Below, piece after piece: positions 12,446-27,130 of a stretch of DNA of 64,000 nt (its first letter is position 1; the number at the start of each line of letters is the position of its first letter). The translations under genes were made by a program, and so were the position numbers. Below the pieces are notes generated by a model. That model worked only from the letters and a program-made list of their open reading frames with translations, had not been told where the DNA came from and ran no database searches. Origin of the DNA: Utricularia gibba (lineage: Eukaryota > Plantae > Magnoliophyta). The DNA lies in NCBI GenBank assembly GCA_002189035.1, contig NEEC01000023.1, positions 620,001 through 684,000 on the forward strand, written 5' to 3'.

Positions 12446-15234
12446 ATGGTTGTGAAGATAATGAGGTGGAGGCCGTGGCCGCCCCTTGTGTCGGAAAAAT
12501 TTGGGGTAAAACTCACGGTGAAGAGGTTTGAGGGTTTTGATTGGGTACATGAGAGTGCAGAGAAGGAAAATGAGCCTCTCGCCGTGGAGATCAGATGGAA
12601 GGGTCCCAAGGTTTCTTTTAGGAGGACGGTGAAGAGGAATTGCACGAGGGAGGAGGCGCTGAAGAAGGTCGATGGGCAATACGGCGCCGTTTTAGTGGAG
12701 TGGGATGAAGAATTTCAGAGCGTTTGCAACTTTTCTGGGTTCAAAGTCAATGTGCTCCATCCTTGGGAAGTCAACTTCACTGTTTACCATGTGAGTTTTT
12801 TCAGCGAAAACGTTTTCTTTTTCTTTTTCAGGCCTATATATAATCTTCTTCGCATTATGTGAATGAATTTCATTCAAGGCATTTTTGCTGAAATGCTCTA
12901 GTGTTGTTTTGAATGTTCGTATCTGTATGTGGGTCTTATTGATATCTAAATTCATACCAGCAGTGCTTGTTGGTACTCAGACATCGTTTGAACCAGACAT
13001 CCATTATTTTGGGGCATGTAGTTAGTGGCAAGTTTGACCGTCTCCTTATTCCTGAAAGTTAGTGCACAAGGGAGCTAGAAAAATTTGTTTTGAACTTGTG
13101 ATGTGTTTGCACTGCTTATATCATAAACTTTAGTGCTCCGCATTAGGTGAAGGTGCCCCTCTTTATGGGTTTGGTTTCTTTCAAGTTCACATTGAAGAGA
13201 TTGGTCAATGAATTTGGTTTTGAATCAGGGGTCGAATCAAGGACTCAAGAACAGGATCTCTGCTGTCGGTTCTGGTGCCTTGAATCTATCCCAATATGTA
13301 TGGAAGGCTATGGAGCATGATACCGAAGTCCAGATACCTGTAACTGTTGCCAATGCGACTGAGAGTCACAGCATGCTCTATGTATGTATCTCTTTTTGAT
13401 GTCCTTGTTTCTTTTTGGAATGTAAACATGTGGCTCACTGATCACTCGTGTTGCAGATATCCCTTAGATTCACAGAGCTGAAAGCGGCACAAGAACCAAT
13501 AGAGATTACTCAAAGTCCGGCAATGCCTTTCCCACCTGCCTCTACCCCTGGAGAAGCTTGTTTTGTGGAGAAGGATGAGGTCTCCGCACTCAAAGCAAGT
13601 CTTAGGAGGGTAAAGATATTCACTGAGTATGTCTCAGCCCGGAGAGCTAAAAAGACATGTCATGAAGATGATAGTGAGGGCAGGGGATCCAAGAGTGAAG
13701 AAGGTGAATACAGTTACTCATATGATCCCGAGACTGAAGAAGAATTTGATGGAGGGGATTCTGAAGGGAAAAATGCTTCAGCAATTAGAAAATCTTTTAG
13801 CTACGGATCGCTCGCATTTGCAAATTATGCGGGTGCTTCATATTATCTGAATTCCAGGATAAGCGCAGATGATGAGGACTTGGTTTATTACAGCAACCGG
13901 CGCAGGTCAGATGCTGACTGCTCCCAATTTGAAGAAATTGCTGCTACTCTCCCTGAGGAACCCACAATCCACACATGGAAACGTAGTATCTTGCCATGGA
14001 GGAAGCGGAAAATGAGTTTCAGATCTCCTAAAGCTAGAGGTGAGCCTCTGCTTAAAAAGGCTTATGGCGAAGAGGGTGGAGATGACATAGATTATGACCG
14101 CAGGCAACTCAGTTCCGACGAATCCGTATCTTTTGGGGTAAAGTTTCATTTTTTTTTCCCTCTTATCTTCTTCTGTGCTCCCCAAATTGTAAAATGCTAA
14201 ACATCTATGAAATGATTCCTCAGAGGCAGAAGACAGATGAAGAGTTAACCGCACAATGTGCGTCGGTTTCAGATTTCGGTGATGACAGTTTTGCTGTTGG
14301 TACATGGGAGCAGAGAGTGATTACAAGCAGAGACGGGCACATGAAAATTGAGACGGAAGCCTTCTTCGCATCCATAGACCAGCGGAGCGAAAGGGCTGCC
14401 GGAGAAAGCGCCTGCACGGCCCTGGTTGCGGTCATTGCCGACTGGCTGCATAACAATCACTCCCTCATGCCTATCAAGTCACAGTTTGACAGTTTGATAA
14501 GGGATGGATCATTGGAATGGAGGAACCTGTGTGAGAACCAAGCTTACATGGAGCGATTTCCGGACAAGCATTTTGATCTGGAGACAGTCCTGCATGCCAA
14601 AGTCCGTGATCTTTGCGTGGTTCCGGAGAAATCTTTCATCGGTTTTTTCCATCCGGAGAGCATGGAGGAAGGGAACTTCGATTTCTTGCACGGCGCCATG
14701 TCGTTTGACAATATATGGGAGGAGATCACCTCTTCTGAGTGCATCAAGAATGGGGAAGCCCCTGTGTACATCGTCAGCTGGAACGACCATTTCTTCATCC
14801 TCAAGGTTGAGGCTGATGCGTACTACGTCATTGATACCCTGGGAGAGCGGTTGCATGAGGGCTGTGCTCAGGCGTACATACTGAAGTTCGACAGCAACAC
14901 GACGATCTCTAGAATGCCGATTACGAGCCAGTCATCTGAAGAAAAACCAGTTCTTGACCAGGCTGCTGAGCCAGCCAACTCCTCTTCTAAAGACGCTCCT
15001 GCTGCTGCACCCAAAAGACAAGATGAACCAATGGAAGCCAAAGGGAAAGAAGAGGAGGTTGTTTACCAGGGTAAAGAGACGTGCAAGGAGTACATCAAGA
15101 GTTTCTTGGCATCCATTCCCATAAGAGAACTGCAGGCAGACATCAAGAAGGGCTTAGCTATGTCAGCACCGATTCATCACCGCCTGCAGATCGAGTTTCA
15201 CTTCACCAAGCTGCAACAGCCTCCACCAGCCTAA
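12446..15234 (+). CDS. NT-type C2 (EEIG1/EHBP1 N-terminal) domain protein, At3g11760-like, 4 exons
   Basis: MVVKIMRWRPWPPL...VEIRWKGPK...WDEEFQS...PWEVNFTV; C-terminal SERAAGESACTALVAVIADW, YIVSWNDHFFILKVE, ELQADIKKGL...HHRLQIEFHFT; GT-AG introns at about 12791, 13382, 14139. Confidence 0.88.
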
Positions 15235-15653
15235 AAACAAAATAGGAAAGGGTAAATGTACATTTGATCACTGATTCAAGCTAACAGCCTTTTTCCCCCT
15301 CAGTTTGCACACGAGCTAAGGCGAATATACCCAGTGAAAGAGTTTCTTTTTCTGCTCCATGAGCTGTAGTTTTCAAATGACTTTGCAGTATCTTTCTTCT
15401 TTCGAAGTTCTCCATTTTCATGAACTAAGTGCAACCTTATACGTTCTAAGCCTCCTTTTGGGATGGTGAGAGATCAGTTCATGTTTAGTTCACATAAAAG
15501 AATTCGAATTTGTCAGAAACATAAGGGCAGAAGGCACAAGTTTGAAATCACAGAATTAAGAGGATCTGTGTATCTCGACAAATATGCAGCTCTCAGTTGT
15601 AAAATTCTCCTTCCTAACGATATGTGCGCTGTAGTTAGCATCAGTCTGCATAT

Positions 15654-18398
15654 CTATCCCTGTTGACATGCGAAAAACAGAATCAAGATCCACGACCATA
15701 AAAGATCGTTGTAAGAATAGCTGACACAAGCGGAATGTACCTGTTGGCTCATAAGTATTTCCACAGCAGTAGTGAGATCTCCATCTGAAGCTGCTACTGC
15801 TACTTCTATTTGTGTCTGAGGCATATTCACGAGCTAAACTAAGCATGGGGATTATGGATGACCCGCATGTTCAAACTATGGTAGCACTTACCCGATCAAA
15901 ACCCATTGCCACGAGCTTCTGGATTTCCTCCTCGGACACCTAAATAAAGTTTCACCACAAAGAATTCCGAAGTCATGAAATAAGGAACCAGATGAAGGTA
16001 CATTCATACCGTATAAATTCCGAACCTGGTTGTTGTTTGCACCGTTCGGTGTTGAAGTAGGGTTTATTCTACTCAACATGAAGCAGAAGGAAATTTGAAA
16101 CAGGTCATTCAAGGAAAAAGAAAAATGTCGAGGGGCAGCCTTGATTCAGAATTGAGATAGTTATACCTCCAATCCGATACTGGTCGCCCTCCCTCTCTGT
16201 TTTGCTGATCCGGAACCTGAGCCAGATTGCTGTTATCATCCAGAAGTCTAGTTTGTAAATCAGCATCAGGACTGACAGCAGAAGCAGCTTGGTTTGTACT
16301 TGATCCCAGAGTTCTACCCCTCCCAGGAAACCTAGTGTCTTGCTCAGTCTGCATTTAATTAAAAACCATGTTAACACAGCATTTGAAATGTTCTGGATCC
16401 GTTTTTGCCCAGGTTTTGATTTCATTTCGGTAAACAAGAAACTGTTTTGCAAGTCCTGCAAATAGAACCATGACAAAGCAAGCTTAGTTAAGACTTCAGT
16501 ACATATTACCTCAGCTCCTGCATTTTCTCTTTGTGGCATCCAAGAGGAGAGATTCCTCCATGTATTCGCGGAAAACAGCCTGCTGTTTCCAATCCAAAGC
16601 ATATTGATTCAGATTGAAGGCGGAAGAGATAAAAAAAAAAAGCTGTTATCATTTGAAATCTAATGATATTTAACAAATCCATGTAGATAACCTTGCACTG
16701 GCGCTCGGACTTGTGTGCGTGGGAATGTAGCCAGAAAAATTGCTACCAGTGCACATTATAAATTTTGGCCTCCTAACACAACAAGACTGCACGGCACAGC
16801 AGTTACACAAGGGAGATTCACAATATTACATTCTGCTTTGTACTTCATTTGAAGTAGGTCAATGTAAAGTTCACTTACAAGCCAATTTTTGGACTCAATG
16901 GATGAGTAGAAAGAAGAGCCTGGAATCAAGATATTGAACAGCCCAAATGTATCTGTTAAAGAGAGAAATAAAAGAACAGTAAGAAGATCTCAAAGACACT
17001 GGACGTAATGGGAAAAAGATATTCGAAAACATACATGCATATCCTGATAAAATACCACATAGGTGCCCAAGCAAAGATACGTTTGTCATCAGAAGCTGAA
17101 AGACCACAAGCAATATCCACACATACCTGCATTTACACCACAAATTATAAGTAGCAAACATCACAAAAAACTTGAAAGAAAACCCAAAGAAGGTATGCTT
17201 TAAACTTACAAGTTTGCAGGCACGTTAAAGAGTCCAAAAACACTGAAGAATTGAGAAAAATGGACTAATAAGTAGATGACATATAATAATGTATTCTATA
17301 CACAAAATGAGTGAGAGAAACCTCTGATGCTGGATCCCTCTAATGCTTATCTCTATGATGATCATGGAAAATAGGATACCAGAAAAACCTATTGAGCACT
17401 GATCCATTAGAGACTGATCATGGTATATAGGATTATGGGCTATCACCAACGCAAGTAGAAGGTGGAGAATGGCATTGCTTGTTGCCAGAAGAATTATCAC
17501 ATAGAGCAACCTGATAGACCCCATAATTCTTTCTAGAGCAGATCCCATAGGAACCAATGCCAACATATTAAACAGCAGATGAAGTATAGATCCATGAAAT
17601 AAAACAGCAGTGTAAAACCTGTAAACTGCATGAGAAGCAAATAAATATACGGACATAAGATTTTACGTTAAAATTTAAAAAAACAACAATTGCTGAACAA
17701 AAGTTTGTGCTGTACAGTAAACGTATATGGACCTTCTGCACCAAGTCTTACAGATACGAAGATACTATAATATCTATAAGGAGCAGATATAAACATAGAT
17801 TCAAAATTAACGTTCGCCACATCTCAACAAGCTTTTCACATGAAAAGCTGTATACTAGAATTAGAAAGATCTAAAACCACATTTTAAAGATGATAAACAT
17901 ACCTTGAAAACGTGAAACAACAGCAGACGGCCAGAAACATATTTCACCAAAAGAGTCATATCCAACCAACAGGCAGACCAAGTATGTTATGCTACAAACA
18001 ATTAAGATGACAGAGGTCAGGAAAGGAATGCCTTCCCACCATTGGTTCAACCTAGTTGACACCCCGGCCTGTCACGACGAATGAAATAGCTAAGAAAAAG
18101 CCGATGAACATAATACACCGAAATTATATCAAAGCAGAACACCAAAGATCTTAAACACACTAAGCACACAGATACCACAAAAATTGGATAAAAATTAGCT
18201 CATGTTACCCACATAAAGAATAAAAACCGTCAGAAAAAAACCCAAACCCACTCTTTCGTAAACAAGAAGGAAGTCAGCTCTCTGACTCATCAAAGGCTAT
18301 CAAGTCAAGCTCGAGGAAGCCTCAACAGTTCAATAATCCGGGAACCCTAGAAGCATTCCACGAAGAGATCATACCTCGGAGACAATGTTTGATCTCAT
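15654..18398 (-). CDS. RBL15: Rhomboid-like protein 15 with C-terminal UBA domain
   Basis: MRSNIVSE|AGLSTRLNQWWEGIPFLTS..., FHGSILHLLFNMLAL, IGFSGILFS (catalytic Ser), SLLGHLCGILSG (catalytic His), RFPGRGRTL, UBA EEEIQKLVAMGFDR...GDLTTAVEILMSQQ. Confidence 0.92.
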
Positions 18399-18895
18399 AT
18401 TCGCAGTGACTGAGAATCCTAACAGAATTCCAGTTGAGCATTCTAGAAATCAGGAGAGGGAGTATTTATGAGCGCGTAGGATTTTTCTTCGATAAAAAAA
18501 AGGGTTTAATTTCTTTTTTTTTTCTTTGATGCCCGTAATGTAGTGTTTATTCTTTATTATTTAGGTAAAATAATATATTCAATGTTATAGGCAATTATTT
18601 TATAAATCAAATATATTTAATTTCTAAAATTTGAAAAGTCGAATATAAATAATTAATTTAATTTATTATCAAATATAATTAATTTTTACTATTTAAAAAC
18701 TGATACTCAATATGAGATAAAAATTAGTGTTTATTTATATCATCAAAAGAATAATAACTAATTTTATGAATATTTATTTTAATTTAATTTTAAGATAATA
18801 AAGATAAATAATGATATTTTAATAACACGATTATTTCATTTTTTATTGATGGACTGAATTATTGAGTACAGAAGATCAAGAGCCATTCTTCATCT

Positions 18896-21584
18896 TCAGT
18901 AGTTGTTCACCGGTTTGGTTGTAAGCCCAAATCCGAACGGGAAGAGAGGATCGTAATGCTTGTCGCCGACGTTCATGGGAAGCTGATCAACGTTCTTGAA
19001 CCACGTACGGGCAAGTTTTCCGGTGAATCCATAATCGCCGAATAGCACATCGGCGACGCCGTTGCCTTCGGTTCCGGGAAGCCAGGCGGCGACAAGGGCG
19101 TCTATTTTGGAAAGATATGGCTCGATTACCACCGGTCTGCCGGTGACTAGGACGACGACGCATTTCACTGAACCACACACGCTGTTTATGATGCTCGGCC
19201 CTGGTTCTGGGATCGTCAAATTGAGGTTATCGCCGAAAGTTTCTGCGTACGGTGTCTCTCCGACGACCACAATAGCGTATGAAAAGTCGTGTTCTTTCAG
19301 ATATTTCGAATCGGGGTTCTCCCTGAAAAGGACTTCTGTTGTTTTCTTGTCCACGGCGCTCTGTATCCCTTGCAGGATAGTGGTTCCTGATCCAATTTGG
19401 CTTGATTGGATACTGATTTCTTGTTTAGAAAGATGAAGTCTGGGAAACTGGTTTACCTTGCGTGTTGTTGTTGCCTCCCAGGCCTTGCCACGTGATCGTC
19501 CAGCCACCGCACTGATAGCCGATATCGTCAGCGTGGGTTCCAGCGACGAGGATTTTCTGGGATTTCTTCGAAAGTGGCAGTACCGGTTTGCCTTTTTCAT
19601 CGCCGTTCTTGAGAAGAACAAGTGTTTTTCTCACAGCTTCCCTTGCCAGATCCCTGTGTTCCTGTGATTTTTGGAGACATGGGTAAGCAGATCAAAGCTG
19701 TAAGCAACAGCGGCAATGAAAGGTCATATCTCTCTTACTTGACTTCCCAAGTACTTCGTTAAGCTGTAATCGGCAATGGGGTGCTCAAATAGCCCCATTG
19801 TGAACTTGACTCTCAGGATCCTCCTCACTGCATCATCAATTCGACTCATCGGGATGAAGTTCGTCTTCACCAACTCTGTTAGACCTGTGATGAATTCGGG
19901 GTAGTCGAACGGAACCATGATCTACATTGACAAGGTGCTTGTGAGTTCACCAAGCTGCAAGTTGTTTCAAATGAAGTGTGAGCCATTTCGACAAACTAAC
20001 CATGTCGATGCCTGCATTAATCCCTGTTACAATGGAGTAGGTGTAGTTCGCATGAGGTGGGGAAGTGATTCTGTCAATTCCTTGCCAGTCTGAGATCACG
20101 AATCCCTGAAGCATTGAAAGCAGCATCAGGAAATGAGCTTTGCATCAGGAAAGCAGATGAAAGCTGTTGGACTTACCCTGAATCGTAGCGTTCCCTTGAG
20201 ATACCCAGTAATCAGATTTCGATTAGCGTGCATTTTCACCCCATTCCAGCTTGAATACGAGATCATTACAGTGGAAACACCCTTGGTGATCGAATCACCA
20301 TAAGCAGGCATGTGAATGCTCAGAAGCTGGTTCCTTGTTGCCACTGTGTTGTTCTCGTTTATCCCCTCTGTGGTTCCCCCATCTCCCACGTAGTGCTTTG
20401 CACATGCTGCAACGCTCTTCCTGTAAAAGATTCAAAGAAAAAATCACCACATCATAGCCGTACGAGGTGCATGGGGATTGGGATGGGCTCCATTGTCCAT
20501 GCTCTTTTGAACAGAATCTGGCTTTCACACAGCTTTAGTGGCCCCAAAACGACATTTTGTACAGAAGATGGGGACAAGGCTCATTAGACTAGTATTGGCG
20601 CACCCTTATTTGACTTTTGTTCCCATGTGCTGGAAACATTATGATCTGTTTGTCTTTGTTCTAATGAGAAACTTACTGTCCAGCCAAGAAGGGAACACCA
20701 GGCACAGAATTTGCAGGTATAGCTCCTTGCAATCCAGGGATGATTTCAGTCATAGCTTGAACAACCTTAGGATTTTCGCTGTAGCTCTCGTAACAACGAC
20801 CCCATCGTGGATCTCGGCACACCTGCAAGAAGAGAATTCCTGATGCTTTAGCTTCAGATGTGTCACTCTGCAGGAGACTCTGTCCTGGGATGATTTCAGT
20901 CCAATGCTTACCGCTATGCAAGGTGCAAATACATATGGGATGCCTGTGGCTCTGACTTCAAGCGCAGTTGCAGCTCCGATTCGCCTCACCAATTCGGGAT
21001 CCCTTCACAGATGAGGTAAACTCCATGAACTGAAGAACATCAAGAATGAAATATCACTGAACCGCATCAGGGGCTTACCTGGTGGCTCCCAGTCCAACAT
21101 TGTGGGGGAAAACGGTGGCCTTGTAAACAGTGTTGTGCCCATGGACAGCGTCGATTCCGTAGATCATCGGAATTCCGAGGCGGGTTGATAGTGAACCCTT
21201 CTGGAAGGTGTTGACCATGTCGACCCAGGCCTCAGCAGAAGCGTTTGCAGCAGGAGAACTCCCTCCTCCACTGAGCACACTTCCTGAGCAAGAGGAGGCA
21301 ATGGAATCATCAGCTCTTTAGCTGCTATGCTCATGAAACAGCACACCATTACCTATATAATAGTTCTTCATGACTTCAGATGATGCGACTCTGCGCTCAA
21401 TCTGAGTCATTTGGCCTATCTTCTCCTCCAATGTCATCAAGCTCATGAGATGCCGAACCCGTTGTCCTAAAGGCTGCCTGGGATCCTTGTATAACACATA
21501 CTCTGCATTCGCAGAAGCCATCATCCAGCATAAAACCAGGAGCCCAATCAGCAGACCTGAACCTGAACCTGAACCTGTACCCAT
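18896..21584 (-). CDS. Glycoside hydrolase family 3 beta-glucosidase / exo-beta-glucanase with signal peptide, 9 exons
   Basis: Hydrophobic N-terminus, [52 protein letters not shown] (nucleophile Asp), VVGETPYAE (acid/base Glu), AAWLPGTEG. Confidence 0.95.
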
Positions 21585-21774
21585 CTTCTGTTCAACCCTG
21601 TAAGCACAAGACACCACCAAATAACTCAGACCCTTCAAACAACATGAAGCGCTAAGACAGACAAACACAGATTGAAGCAAATACCCTTGCCAGGAGGGAG
21701 AGACGATATACTATGTTATCTAAAAAGTGAGAGAAAGAAGGAGACTTATTGAGAAGCCGAGAAGCGCAGTGCCC

Positions 21775-21782
21775 TTTTATAG
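21775..21782 (-). promoter_or_regulatory. TATA box of the GH3 gene
   Basis: CTATAAAA on the minus strand followed by a CT-rich leader. Confidence 0.55.
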
Positions 21783-23181
21783 ACGAGTCCAGTGACAAAC
21801 AAGATGATCACAAACTGCCATCGGCCTCATCCCCAGCCAAGAAAAGTAGTAACCTACGGATGGATTTGACTGAGAAATACTGCTTCTCTTCGAAATTTGC
21901 AATACCATGAACTTTTTTTTTGAAAAAAAAATATTCAAATGGTTGTTTGTGGCATGCTTCCAATCTCTTGTTGTTGTTACGTAGAGATGTGTGATTGGTA
22001 ATTTAGATGATGATTATTAATTTAATATTATTAAAAACATTAAAATGTCAATAGTACCATCAATATCAAATTAATGGCTACACCAGAAATCAACACAATT
22101 TTTCAAAATATAAATGTATTTTATTGAGAAAATTATAAGAAAAACATCTTGAGTTTATATTAATATAAAGAGTTTAAATTTGAAGTTTCAAAATTATTAA
22201 AAAAAATAATTCAAGTTGCCAATACCGTATAATGAAGATTTAAACAGTTTTTAAAAATTTCAAAAAAGTTAATCGATTCATAATAATTTTTTTGTTAATA
22301 CTTTTCACATTCATGTATAGGGTTCATAGGACTGGATAATATATCTAAATTTATTTTACGTTCATGTCTCATATGATTCAAAATAATAATAAATATATTA
22401 CATTCATGTTCATATATTGTATAATGCATCGTTCATATTTGTGTTCACGTTAAGTTAAAATTTGTTAGTTTTGATAAAATTAGATGTTAAATTCACAATT
22501 TCATTAACTATAACTTGAAGTGTCCTCTATAAGCTCTTCCCGTATTTCATTATATTCAAAAAAATTTAGTTGGACTATGTTTCTTGAAAAATACTTTTTT
22601 TAATAAAATAAAAGTGTGATTTTTATAATTTTTTGAAATAAAATTCATTCCTGTTTAATAACAAAACATTTGTTAGAAGTAGTAATCCATAGTAATGTGA
22701 TTAGATGAGTTGTAAGAGGAGGAATGGAGTTGATCTTATCCTAAGGGGCCCTTACCATCTTATATTAGCACATGAAATACGAGTTTGGTATCCAACTATC
22801 ACATTTCGAATACGTTTTCATTACGAAGATCTGCTCTTAGATAGGAGTGATTGAAATGTATGTGTGGTCCTCAATAGTTAGGAAGCACCAAGTCAATTGA
22901 TCTGGTCATATGGTATGGGCCAAATTGCAATTACACAATTAATTAAAACTGGTAAATGCTTATCCATAATACAGTAATCTTATTGGACGGGCGTTTTTCT
23001 AAATGCCCAAAAAAAGATATAGAATTACAACTTCTGCCACTCCAAGCAACCAACCATCCAACAGTATCTAATTGATTATTTGTTCAACAAATCAACATCC
23101 AAATCTAGAATATTCTAGGACAAGCATGACCGGAGTTCAAGAACAGCGAATAGGAGGAGGTGTACCTGCGTTGCGTCACTC

Positions 23182-26100
23182 TCATTTGGCACTGGCGAGC
23201 TCGGCGCGGAGGAGCTTGGCCGCAGACACCATGTTCTCCAGCGCCGGCTTCACCTCGGCGTACTTGCGGGTCTTGAGGCCGCAGTCGGGGTTCACCCACA
23301 GGATGTTGGTTTCGAGAACAGCGAGCATCTTGTTGATCCTCTCGGCGATCTCCTCCGTGGATGGGATTCTGGGGGAGTGGATGTCGTAGACACCCGGCCC
23401 GATTCCAGCGCCGTATTTGACTCCCTCGCGGAACACGGAAAGGAGCTTCTCGTCGGAACGGGAGTTCTCGATGGTGATCACATCGGCATCCATGTTGATG
23501 ATGGAGTGGATGATGTCGTTGAAGTTAGAGTAGCACATGTGAGTGTGGATCTGCAGTTTTTGAGAGCTCAGCGTCAACATGATGATACTACTGAATAAAG
23601 GATGGAGATGAAAGGGGGCGCACCTGCGTGGTGTCCTGGACGCCGGAGTTGGTGATCCTGAAGGAGTGAACGGCCCAGTCGAGATAGAAGGCGTGCTCGG
23701 ATTTCCTCAGCGGCAGCCCTTCTCTCAACGCAGCTTCGTCAATCTGGATGACGGTGATGCCGGCCTTCTCGAGATTCTCAACCTCGTCCTTGATCGCAAG
23801 GGCGATCTGGTAGCAGGTTTCGAACCTTCGAACCAAAAAACAACGGCGGCGGTTAGGGTCTCTGGCAAACCAGTTGAGAATCATCTGTTCAAGGTCAGTA
23901 CCTTGGCTGGTCATTTCTCACAAAGGACCAGTTGAGAATGGTGACGGGGCCTGTAAGCATTCCCTTCATGGGGCGCTTGGTGAAGCTCTGGGCGGCAGTG
24001 GACCAGAAGACGGTCATCGGCTTGGGACGGCTAACGTCTCCGTAGATGATTGGTGGCTTAACGCAGCGAGATCCGTACGACTGGACCCATCCGTTGGCAG
24101 TGAAGGCGAAACCAGAGAGTTGCTCACCGAAGTACTCAACCATGTCATTTCTCTGCACAAAACCAGGGAATCAAGGCAATAAGTTGAGTGTTCTAGTCAG
24201 GGGTGGTGCTGAGTAACTAAAATTGGCGAACCTCAGGCTCTCCATGAACAAGAACATCGATGTCGAGCTCCTCCTGAAGTTCGACAACTTTGCGAATCTC
24301 CTCCTTGATGGAGCTGATGTACTCTTCCTCAGAGATCCTGCATGGAAGAGGCAATTATAAGTCTGCAATAAGCCAGGAATTCACAGCAAATAGTAACAAA
24401 GAATACTCACTTCTTTGCCTTGTATTCACGGCGAACTCTTCTAAGCTCCACTGTTTGTGGGAACGAGCCAATGGTTGTCGTCGGGAGGATTGGGAGGTTG
24501 AGTTTCTTTTGCTGGGCGTCAAGCCTCGCACTAACATTTGTGGCACGACGATGATCGGAACCCTTCAATGCAGCAGCCTGGTTGAATAACAAAATTATAA
24601 ATGATCAGGATGTAATGATGCTGCAAGCTCATTATCGAAGAGATTCAAAACATTTGACATACAGCCTTCTGCACTGCTTCGTTATTCACTCTAGGAGATG
24701 ACTTCCTGGATGCCTGAGCTTCAGCATTTGCAGAGAAAAACTCCTGCAACAGGAATAATCAGTATCGATTAATGGTAGTCTGGGCCTTCCACACACAAGG
24801 GAGCATGAAAAATTATACACAGTCCTTAATTTATAACTAGACATACCTCGTCTTTCTTTCCAGCCAAAGCCTTGGCAAGAGCATTCACTTCAACAATTTT
24901 CTGTGCTGCAAATGCAAGCCATGATTTGATTTCTTTGTCAAGTTTCGGTTCATTCACCAGATCGACAGCGGTGTGGAGAAGTGAGGAAGAGGTGGACACG
25001 ACAAGCTTGTCTGAAGAAAGTCACAATACACACAGAGTGAGTAAGACAATAAACAATGTTACCCACGAATGGAAGGAACTTAGCAAGTATGGGTAGGCAG
25101 AAGATATACCCTTTCCCACAATGCTCTCAAGAGACTCCAAGATGGCAAGAGATGAGCTGAGATCATTAGCCCAGATGTTCCTACCATCCACAACTCCGGC
25201 AAAGAGGTACTTTCCAGAGGGGAAGGAGGCCTTGATCAATTCAAGGGTCTTTGCTCCACGGACCAAATCAAAACCGTATCCAGAAACTCCACTCAGTGAT
25301 GTAAGTGTCTTGTAAGCAGCCTCAGGCAAATCAGCAAAATAAGTTTCAACAAGAACATTAAGACCCGATAATGAGGATTCAAGATCAGCATAGGCCTTGG
25401 TGAATGCTTCCAACTGGTGAGATTGAAGATCCATAACTAAGGTTGGCTCATCAAACTGGATCCAAGAAGCACCAGCTGCCTTTAGCTCCGAAATAACTTC
25501 CCTGTCAAATTTAATGGATTAAATACAAAAACTCTAATACAAACACGCTGCTATAAGTGTCAAGTATGCATACTTGTAGACTGGGAGAATCTTGTCCAAC
25601 AGGGAAAGAACAGAGAAAGTCTTCTCTACACCCTTGGCAGGTTTGGAGAGCAACAAGTAGGTCACCGGGCCAACAAGTACTGGTACAGTGTCGATGCCAA
25701 GCTGCATCAGACAGCACATAAACATTATCAGGATGTATGTTCCGGTACAGTATATAGTTGAAGTGAACATACCGCTTTTGCCTCCTTGTATTCATTGACA
25801 GCCTTGTGGGAAGCATAGGAAAACTTCACGTCAGGGCCCAACTCTGGAACAATATAATGGCTGCAAGAAAGAATACAAACAAATATGATTAGCTTTTACG
25901 CATGAGACAGTGAAATAAATACACTATGAACAAGGACTGCATCGCTTACTAGTTGGTGTCGAACCATTTGGTCATCTCCATAGCAGGAACAGAGGCATTA
26001 CCTCTAGCCATAGAAAAGTAGGTACTGAAGCCAATTTCCCCTCCAGTCCAGCCATACCTTGGTGGAACGGCACCGAGCAAGGCAGTCGTATCAAGCACCT

Positions 26101-26299
26101 GATCATAGTAAGAGAACGTGTTGCTGGGAATGTAGTTGATCCCAGCTTGAGACATCTGCTTCCAAATAGAAGCGCGGAGATCGACGGCCACCGCCAGCAG
26201 GTCCTCAGCAGTGCTTTTTCCATCCCAGAATGACTCAAGAGCAAACTTCAGCTCTCTCTTTGGGCCAACACGGGGATATCCGACAATGTGAGATGCCAT
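23182..26299 (-). CDS. metE: Cobalamin-independent methionine synthase (MetE), about 11 exons
   Basis: [66 protein letters not shown] (zinc ligands His/Cys/Cys present). Confidence 0.98.
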
Positions 26300-26303
26300 T
26301 CTT

Positions 26304-27036
26304 CTGAATAATCAAAAACAAAGTAGAGAGTGAGGGTGACGATCATCATTTGGTCATGATCACGGAAACCACCCGACGGTATAGTCGAGATATGAAAGTT
26401 GATAAATCATTCGGGTAACGATCATCACCAAAAAAGGATAGATCCCAAATATGGATCGATAGGAGACACGTGTACAGAAACAAACAGGAAGATCGGGAGG
26501 AAAAACTAATCTTTGAGCATGATGATTAAATGCAAGACAAAAACGGACGTAAAAGGATCCAAGATCCCAATCTAAAGCAGATCAATATGTTAAAACAACA
26601 ATGGAGTTCAGATCCAATCGTGTGCATACATACAGTCGACACCGACAAAATGATCAACAGAGACGACACATGATAAAGTGAGCACTACTGAAGATGCGGA
26701 GCAGCCTCATTAACCCAGATCTAACGATCCAAATCCAGATCAAGACTCACTCTTTCACTCCCAAGACATCGCATTCAAAAAGATACATATCATCCGCGCA
26801 TTCAAACGCCATTTGGGTGATTCAAAAACGCCGAAATCATACTCATACCAGCAGATCTAAGTCAACCGACGCTGTAAATCCAAAAGGGTAGATTCTGAAC
26901 AAGTAAAGAATCAGCTCCCCGATGCAGAAACAACAGAAACGGAACCAGATCAAAGCAACACACACACACACACACTCAACAACAACAACACCCAATGAAA
27001 TAACAAGATCACAGAAAGAATACACACCCAACCTAC
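26304..27036 (-). promoter_or_regulatory. 733-bp 5'UTR intron of MetE with four TTNGATYTG motifs
   Basis: GTAGGT donor at 27036, CAG acceptor at 26304, four bases before the ATG; motifs at 26609, 26716, 26852, 26946 (CAGATCNAA on +). Confidence 0.7.
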
Positions 27037-27130
27037 CAAAGGGAACGGACGTGACAGAAGGGGGTTCCTGAAGATAGAATAGATGATAGGAGAGGCAGGA
27101 CGCGAGTTCAGGCGATGGGTGAAGGGGCGA

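Noticed and set aside
18399-18441. Out-of-frame upstream ATG overlapping the RBL15 start
   Set aside because: It lies about at the TSS predicted from the TATA-like motif at 18463-18470, so it is probably not in the mRNA or too close to the cap.
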